Shown one piece after another: positions 57,701 through 64,000 of a DNA stretch of 64,000 bases. The stretch's first letter is position 1. Every line of letters starts with the position of its first letter. The stretch comes from an uncultured delta proteobacterium (GTDB lineage Bacteria > Bdellovibrionota > FAC87 > UBA2466): contig CAVZSV010000005.1 in the NCBI GenBank assembly GCA_963778115.1, forward strand, positions 224,001 to 288,000. The letters run 5' to 3'. The translations under genes were made by a program, and so were the position numbers. The notes beneath the pieces are model-generated. The model saw nothing but the letters and a program-made list of their open reading frames with translations, made no database searches and was not told the origin of the DNA.

Positions 57701-58546
57701 CTATTGGGGTGCCGTAAAGGCCTCTGTCAGCGGCTGGCTGCCTGGTTTGGAAAAGCTAGCCAGTGCCGCGACTACGGCATCCCAGACGTAAATGTTAGTG
57801 CGATCGAGTTCTGTCTCTCCTTGAATGGCTCCGTACATTCTTCCAAACTCATGGACCAATTGGCGTATTTTTGGAAAAGACGTATTATCGGCGCCAAAGA
57901 AACTGTTACAGAGGTAGATCTCCTGGATGGGATGCAAGGTCTGAAAGAGATAAAAATTCTTACCTCTGAAAATGGTGTAGGCGAGTCTTCCATTGCCCAC
58001 TTCAGGGTGGTAATTGCCCTCGCTATCGAATCCGGCGTCATTTCCACAAGTGGTATCGCACAATATCTTAACTCCGCGATTAATCTGACAACCGGATTGA
58101 GCTTTCTTAAGACTGTCTAAATAAAACGCTCGATTATTCCCTACGAAAACGACATCGGAGAAGTAACGGACCACTTCCTTGCGGGCGTGAGGATCTCTTT
58201 GCACTCGCGCATGGACGGCGGCTACATGCAGGTCCCATTTGCGATCTTCCTTGAAGGCATTCCATCTTGCTTCCAAAGTCTGAACGGCGAAATCAACCTG
58301 TTCACACGCGGCATTGATGGAGTCTTCGATATCAGGATAGTCCTTTTGAGGGCATTGCATCGCCTTGCCGTCGAAGGAGAACTTGGGAAAAATCACTCTC
58401 GAGCTAGTCGCCGGTAGCTGATTTCCCCAAATTGAAGAAGTGAACAGACATAGACTTACGCATAGACATAGGGCTTCGCCCCAGACGCCCAAATAGGATC
58501 GAACCAAACCCCCACCCCTTTTCCCAAACCCATTGAGATCTAACAA
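57701..58546 (-). CDS. Secreted hypothetical protein, M35-like zincin fold possible
   Basis: Cys-rich; IYLCNSFF...LVHEFGR resembles M35/deuterolysin context but lacks the second His; start uncertain. Confidence 0.5.
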   Translation of the reverse strand: MLDLNGFGKRGGGLVRSYLGVWGEALCLCVSLCLFTSSIWGNQLPATSSRVIFPKFSFDGKAMQCPQKDYPDIEDSINAACEQVDFAVQTLEARWNAFKEDRKWDLHVAAVHARVQRDPHARKEVVRYFSDVVFVGNNRAFYLDSLKKAQSGCQINRGVKILCDTTCGNDAGFDSEGNYHPEVGNGRLAYTIFRGKNFYLFQTLHPIQEIYLCNSFFGADNTSFPKIRQLVHEFGRMYGAIQGETELDRTNIYVWDAVVAALASFSKPGSQPLTEAFTAPQ

Positions 58547-58685
58547 AACAAGGGTTGACCCGATCTGTCAAATGAATGGCCGTTAATCAGGCGGGGCGTG
58601 GCTAAGGGCAGGGTGACTTCCTCCGGAAGTTTTTACATGTTACCCTGAAAGGGAGCCTTTCTTTCTCAATTAAAGAACCTTTTAC

Positions 58686-60587
58686 ATGCCGCGTTATCGT
58701 CGTTTTTGGCCGTTTACGGTACTTTTCACCGTCCTGGTGGTGCAGGGGTGTGCCAAGAGCCTTAACGAGACGAACACGAATATGCGTGAGTACTCTTCGG
58801 TAGGCGGAAGTAGTTCGGTCCCGGGCTGCAAGGGGATGGTGGATGCCTATTGCGATACGTTGTATTCTCCTTCGGCGATGGGTAATTTAAGAATTCAAGC
58901 GGGAACCCATTCCATCGAAATTCTTCAGGGCCACACCACCAACGACTTTCCTGCCGTCTATTATCAGTACGCTAGGACAACACTTAAGAATCGCAGGTAC
59001 CTTCCGCAAGATTTCCGAACCAATTTGGTGGCGACAGGTTACTTCGAAAAACTATCAGACTATCTGGCCAGAAAGCCTCGCGCTTCGATGTCGCTAGCCG
59101 ATCGCATGAACGATCTGCACGTAGCCGATGAACTGACTTCCGAGTGGAATTCTTCTTTGGAAACCACCGTCGTGGAGCGCATGTCCAAACGGTTTCCCGG
59201 GTTTCACAATCTGCCCGAGCCTTTGATCCCGTTAGAGCTCAAAACGGAAAGCAGGCGGGTCCGACGCCAAATCAAAAGTGAAATCTATTTGGCCATTTGG
59301 AAGCATCACCCTAACTGGCTTAAAGTCGAAGCCAGCTTTGAGGCGCTTCGTTACCATTATCTGCAAACGTTAGCGGAACTGGACATTCCTAAATCGCTAA
59401 AAGACGAGTGGACGCATCGAATTCAGTCGGTACGTCTGGTCTTGCCGGGAGCCATGCCTGAGATTGCGGACGAAGATTGCTCGGAGACAGAGATTAATGC
59501 TTACTACTATACCTATTTGAACGTTATCACGGTGTGTGCCGGGGATTTTAATAGCGAAGATATCTATCAAACTCTAGCCCACGAGTTGTCTCACGCTTTA
59601 GATTTTGAGCGTTCGCTTTACCTGTATCAGAAACACTCGGATTTTGGCACCGCCTTGAGCAGCCTTCGGGCCGAAGTCTGTGAGCCGGAGTCCTTTTCGT
59701 GCGATGACTGGGTCGATTTCAAAAATCAATTCGACAATCGTCTCAATGGACTTTCAAATTTTTCCGCTCAATTGCCTGAGTTTCAAAGGTGCCTAAAGCC
59801 GCGGCCCACCCCTAGTGTGTTAACGGAGGAAGCGTTAAACCGATATTCGGATCAAATCGTCACCAACCGAATCGCTGATCTCGCCGATTCCGAAATCTTT
59901 CTTCGCATTACAAAGCCCAGGATTCCTCTGATGAATGGAACTCTTCATAAAAATCCCAATTACTTAAATCCCTGCTCCTATTACTTGTGGTCGAAAGGGG
60001 AGGAGCCGGTAGATGACGATTTGACCGCCCTTATGTTCTTTACGGCGGAATACCAATGCAACGAAGGAAAATCCCCGGCTAACCGCATTCAACAAGCGAT
60101 AGCGCTTGCTAAGAACATGCAGATTAAGGTGCAGAAAGCCGCATTAAAGATGGAGGGGGAGTTCTCCTCTGAAAAGCTGCTCCAGACCGAGGGCTATAGC
60201 TCTTCTCCCGTGGAGCGCTTCGCCGATGTGATGGGAGGAGCGGTGCTGGCACACTTGCTCAAAGATATCCCGTCATTGGATGATCGAAGAAATCTCTTTT
60301 TGGCGAGCTCGTCCTGGCAATGCACGAAACCTTCTTTGGCTAAATTCTTTCCCGAAGAGAGCAGTGCCGAACACGAATTTACGTTTGCTTCCCATACCGA
60401 AGGCGAAGATCGCAAGAAAGAGCTTCTCCCCAGTGTCATTCGAGATACTTTACAATGCAAAAAGGATTTCTCGTTCAACGAGTGTTCCCTGCCGGTTCTT
60501 AGAAATCCTCAACCCAATCAACTCTCCGAATTTCGTTCGCAAGATGTTTTTGATTTTCCGAGGCTGGTGGTTGGAGTGACGGAATAG
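58686..60587 (+). CDS. Lipoprotein zinc metallopeptidase, M13-like
   Basis: Lipobox VQGC; INAYY, TLAHELSHALD, ERFAD (ExxxD third ligand), H near the C-terminus. Confidence 0.75.
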   Translation: MPRYRRFWPFTVLFTVLVVQGCAKSLNETNTNMREYSSVGGSSSVPGCKGMVDAYCDTLYSPSAMGNLRIQAGTHSIEILQGHTTNDFPAVYYQYARTTLKNRRYLPQDFRTNLVATGYFEKLSDYLARKPRASMSLADRMNDLHVADELTSEWNSSLETTVVERMSKRFPGFHNLPEPLIPLELKTESRRVRRQIKSEIYLAIWKHHPNWLKVEASFEALRYHYLQTLAELDIPKSLKDEWTHRIQSVRLVLPGAMPEIADEDCSETEINAYYYTYLNVITVCAGDFNSEDIYQTLAHELSHALDFERSLYLYQKHSDFGTALSSLRAEVCEPESFSCDDWVDFKNQFDNRLNGLSNFSAQLPEFQRCLKPRPTPSVLTEEALNRYSDQIVTNRIADLADSEIFLRITKPRIPLMNGTLHKNPNYLNPCSYYLWSKGEEPVDDDLTALMFFTAEYQCNEGKSPANRIQQAIALAKNMQIKVQKAALKMEGEFSSEKLLQTEGYSSSPVERFADVMGGAVLAHLLKDIPSLDDRRNLFLASSSWQCTKPSLAKFFPEESSAEHEFTFASHTEGEDRKKELLPSVIRDTLQCKKDFSFNECSLPVLRNPQPNQLSEFRSQDVFDFPRLVVGVTE

Positions 60588-60681
60588 GAGTCACGATCTA
60601 AGACATCGCGTGGGCGTTGCCCCTCTCGATCTAGGGGTTGTCGCGTCGGTGGCTCCTCATAATAACAAACAGCGATCGTCA

Positions 60682-61851
60682 TCATGTTAGAACTCTCAAC
60701 CTCAAAATCTCGCTAGCAATCTCTTCTTCAATCTCCTTGGGAAAGATCTGAAGTCCCGACTTATATTTCCCCAGATCGCTTTCCATCATCCAAGTAATTC
60801 CTCTTAGCATTACCGCATTATAAAAATCAAAAAGGTCAACTCCCTGCGGTCCGGTATGGGGAGCGATATTGAGGGGACAGCCGCGTCCCAGAAGGTACAG
60901 GGTCTTAGTGCCTAACTTGTACCGCGTAATATTGGTGCGAATCTCCTTTGAAGGGTTCGTGTCGAGCCACGTTACATCGATTTCGCTATTTAAGTGGCCC
61001 ACATTTAAAACGACGCAATGGTCTCTAAGATCCCTCAGTGCGGTTTGCGAAAGTATCGAGGGAACTCCGGTGGCCGTGACTACGATCTCGCAACTTCGAA
61101 GAGCTCCGACATCCGAAGCTACTTCAAAGCCTAAATGGCCCGCCTCGAGTTCTCGGACGGGATCCTTTTCGATGACAAGTACTTTGGCGCCAAACGCTTT
61201 GGCTCGCTCAGCGACTCCGCGTCCCACGGGGCCGAACCCTATGACGGCTATTCTTCTTAGAGGAAGGCTCATGCCGGTAACGAAACTAAACTTAGGCCAT
61301 AGATTATCGCCGACGTGCACTTGATTATGAAGGTTATTCTTTAACGCGATATCATTCCAATTGAAGACAGGAAAAGAGACCTCCTTATTATCTAAAAAAT
61401 GAAGCCCGCTGGTCGTTGCTTCCAGCGCCCCTTTGACAGGAATCTGTTTTTTAGAAAAGGCATTGATAAGTTCTCCTCCCATATCACTTAAGTAACAGGC
61501 CCTAGAATCCCCGACCGATCGAAAGCTCTGCTTGTGCTCATCTTCCGTCATCCCACTTCTGGCAAAGACGTGAATGCCGTTTTTAGCCAGATACGCCGCC
61601 ACTCTGTCATCGGTAGTTTGAGTATTACAATTGCCCAGAAAGACTTCAGCGCCCGCTTTTTTTAACCCCATAAAGAGCGGAATGCTGGAGAGGGTGATGT
61701 GTTGCCAACAAGCGACCGTCTTTCCGCGAAAGTTCTTCTTTGCAGTCTGCAGATAATAAGAGTGAGTGACAGGGCAAAGAAAATCAAGCCAGGAAAGTTC
61801 GTCATCTGAAATGTCCTGGGAGAGTGCTGAATCTTTTATTCGGGACGGCAT
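60682..61851 (-). CDS. Adenosylhomocysteinase-like protein (divergent AhcY family)
   Basis: ACWQHIT, CNTQTTDD, SDMGGEL, EATTSG, WNDIALK, GFGPVGRGVA, EKDPVR, TATG, NVGH; short C-terminus. Confidence 0.8.
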   Translation of the reverse strand: MPSRIKDSALSQDISDDELSWLDFLCPVTHSYYLQTAKKNFRGKTVACWQHITLSSIPLFMGLKKAGAEVFLGNCNTQTTDDRVAAYLAKNGIHVFARSGMTEDEHKQSFRSVGDSRACYLSDMGGELINAFSKKQIPVKGALEATTSGLHFLDNKEVSFPVFNWNDIALKNNLHNQVHVGDNLWPKFSFVTGMSLPLRRIAVIGFGPVGRGVAERAKAFGAKVLVIEKDPVRELEAGHLGFEVASDVGALRSCEIVVTATGVPSILSQTALRDLRDHCVVLNVGHLNSEIDVTWLDTNPSKEIRTNITRYKLGTKTLYLLGRGCPLNIAPHTGPQGVDLFDFYNAVMLRGITWMMESDLGKYKSGLQIFPKEIEEEIASEILRLRVLT

Positions 61852-61853
61852 GG

Positions 61854-63185
61854 CTATGTCGTTTCCTGTCCTACGTCGAGGTAAAGCTCTTTGGTGTCGT
61901 CGTTATATCCGAAGTATTCGGCGAAACGACCCCAAGAGACCAAAACTTCAACAACCTCGTCTGCATTTTCGTTGGGCAGCCACTCCTGCAGCTTTTCAAT
62001 GATGACATCAATGGGTAAACGTAACGTATCGCTTTGGCGGAGGGTGGAAGCGACTCTTTGGACGACCGTTAATTCGCCAAACAACTCGTGGAGCATGCGT
62101 TTTCTAACGTTGATGTCTCCCTCTACAAAGCGCTTTCCTCGATCGGTAAGCAGAACCGATTGTTTTGGCGTATCCACCAGATCTAAGAGTTCGGCTGCTT
62201 TGACCAGATAAAGCGTTCTGCCGAACTCTTTTCCAATAGTGGTGGAGAGATCAAAGATATCCACGGCACCCGATTCCGAGGCCAACCCTTCCAACAGCCC
62301 TATCACTTCATTGACTTGCACATTGGGAAGCACTTGGACGGGCGCCTCCTTGTGGATTTTTGAAAGGGCACTATTGTCGGAAGGCAACGGTTCCGCCGTG
62401 TCGGGCATGATGGTTTCTGTGATAAGCGCATGGATACGAGAGACCAAGCGATCAAAAGCGGGTGATTTGTCGTCTCGCGGATAGCTAAGTTCGTTTTGAA
62501 TCTCTTCCCGTACATGGCCCGGGTTGACCCCCATTAGAAGAATTCTTTTTGCTAAAGACACCGCCTCTTGAATGTTGTGCGTGACAATGATGAGCGAGCG
62601 GGTCGCGGTCTTTTTTGAAAGAAAGATCTTAATGATTTCCGTCCTCAGGGTGTCCGCCGTCAGTACATCTAAAGCGGAGAAGGGCTCGTCGAGGACCAGT
62701 ACCGGACGATCCATGACCAGGGCGCGCGCGATTCCCACTCTCTGTTTCATTCCTCCCGAGAGCTCCCGGGGGTAGGCCTCTTCAAAACCTTCAAGACCGA
62801 CCAAATCGATGGCCTTTCTCACCCGGGTTCGGGTTTCTGTTGCTGAAATTCCAAGGGGCTTGAGTGCCAAAGCTATATTTTCATAAACGGTTTCCCACGG
62901 GAAAAGCGCAAAGGACTGGAACACTAAAGCGACGTCGAGATTAATCCCTTCGTGCTTGGTTCCGCGGCTTAAAACTTCGCCACCCGAAGCTTCGATGAGC
63001 CCCGCCATGATACGAAGACAGGTCGATTTCCCTGAACCCGAGGGACCCAAAAGGGCTACGACTTCGTCGTCGTTAACAGTGAGGTTGACCCCTTCTAGGA
63101 CTTTGAGATCGGTTCCCGATTCCAAAGTGAACGACTTATTGACGTTTCTTAACTCGATAAGAGGGCCAGTTTTTACATCAGACAT
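61854..63185 (-). CDS. NitT/TauT ABC transporter ATP-binding protein with C-terminal AAA-associated domain
   Basis: GPSGSGKST, LSGGMKQRVG, LDEPFSALD, VTHNI, C-terminal WGRFAE. Confidence 0.95.
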   Translation of the reverse strand: MSDVKTGPLIELRNVNKSFTLESGTDLKVLEGVNLTVNDDEVVALLGPSGSGKSTCLRIMAGLIEASGGEVLSRGTKHEGINLDVALVFQSFALFPWETVYENIALALKPLGISATETRTRVRKAIDLVGLEGFEEAYPRELSGGMKQRVGIARALVMDRPVLVLDEPFSALDVLTADTLRTEIIKIFLSKKTATRSLIIVTHNIQEAVSLAKRILLMGVNPGHVREEIQNELSYPRDDKSPAFDRLVSRIHALITETIMPDTAEPLPSDNSALSKIHKEAPVQVLPNVQVNEVIGLLEGLASESGAVDIFDLSTTIGKEFGRTLYLVKAAELLDLVDTPKQSVLLTDRGKRFVEGDINVRKRMLHELFGELTVVQRVASTLRQSDTLRLPIDVIIEKLQEWLPNENADEVVEVLVSWGRFAEYFGYNDDTKELYLDVGQETT

Positions 63186-63197
63186 AAGTTGTCCCTT

Positions 63198-64000
63198 CTA
63201 CAAATCCAAACGAAAACGAGTTTGGGCCAAGTGATAAATCCTAGACCAGACAGTGCGGTTCAGCAAAATAACCACCGCTACCATTACCGTGAGTGCCGCC
63301 GCCAACGTCGGAAAATCTTCGGTCGCCGCCGCAATGCTAATCGCAGAGCCCAGCCCCTGAGTGGTGAGGACCTTTCCGTGGTACGAGAGATATTCCGCGA
63401 CGATGCTGGCATTCCAAGCACCCCCTGCCGCCGTTACCCAGCCGGTGACCAGAGGAGGGAAAACACTAGGAATGTAAAGCTTAGTCCACAAGTCCCATTT
63501 CGAAGCTTGCATCAAAAGTGCCGCGTACTTTAATTCGTTAGGAATTCGCATGGCCCCCGCAAGCACGTTAAACAAAACGTACCATTGGACTCCGAGCAGC
63601 ATGAGGAACATTGCCGCAAAACCGAACGGCATTCGCAGCATGAACATCAAAGCAAGAGCCAGCGGATAGAGCATGGGGGCCGGAAAAGAGGCTAAGAGCT
63701 GGATAATGGGTTGCGCCCGGCTAATGCGTTGGTGCGAGGTTCCGATCCATATTCCCACCGGAACCGCCCAGAGGGAACTAATGACGAGACAAATCGCGAC
63801 CCGAACCGCCGTCACGAAAGTCTTTTGGAGAAGCGAAATCCAATTCTCCCAGCTCACCAACGAGAGTATTTCTCCTAGCTTCATCCCGCCCATGCCGAAG
63901 ACCACAAGCGCTGCCAGAATTAACGAAATCCCTCCAAAGCGAACGAGTCCGGGAGAGGCTCGTTTCACCACCTTGCTAACACTGGTTTGAATCGGGCTCA
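63198..64000 (-). CDS. NitT/TauT ABC transporter permease (5' end outside window)
   Basis: ASFPAPMLYP, LGVQWYVLFNVLAG, TAAGGAWNASIVAE; the frame stays open to the window end. Confidence 0.93.
   Translation of the reverse strand, partial: SPIQTSVSKVVKRASPGLVRFGGISLILAALVVFGMGGMKLGEILSLVSWENWISLLQKTFVTAVRVAICLVISSLWAVPVGIWIGTSHQRISRAQPIIQLLASFPAPMLYPLALALMFMLRMPFGFAAMFLMLLGVQWYVLFNVLAGAMRIPNELKYAALLMQASKWDLWTKLYIPSVFPPLVTGWVTAAGGAWNASIVAEYLSYHGKVLTTQGLGSAISIAAATEDFPTLAAALTVMVAVVILLNRTVWSRIYHLAQTRFRLDL

Overview
Bacterial chromosomal window of moderate GC. The gene content (many secreted/lipoprotein orphans, FHA/VWA proteins, sigma-54 promoters, alternative complex III) suggests a Bdellovibrionota/Myxococcota-like deltaproteobacterium; this is inference only. 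The most interesting part is the left end. A phage-tail-sheath gene, missed by the ORF track because it runs off the window (<1..617, minus), and a Pvc16/DUF4255-like gene are transcribed divergently from an operon encoding a Ycf46-type AAA+ ATPase, a tail-fibre/TssK-like protein, three degenerate FHA domains, a VWA-TM-Zn-ribbon-FHA membrane protein, a lipoprotein and a holin-family protein. Back-to-back sigma-54 promoter motifs sit between the two arms. This looks like the edge of an atypical, possibly envelope-anchored, contractile injection system. The rest holds housekeeping genes (M32 carboxypeptidase, cutA, sua5, rpsU, yegD, slt, sod), a pdo-sqr sulfide oxidation pair, a long secreted pentapeptide-repeat protein facing an uncharacterised Tat/c-type-cytochrome operon, a complete ACIII + caa3 oxidase operon, a radical-SAM/glycosyltransferase cluster, secreted zincin-like proteins, a divergent AhcY-like gene and a NitT/TauT ABC transporter. 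Three probable single-base indels (~7075, ~14565, ~50962) suggest assembly errors. No rRNA, tRNA, CRISPR array or transposase was recognised. All assignments come from motif recognition, without database searches.
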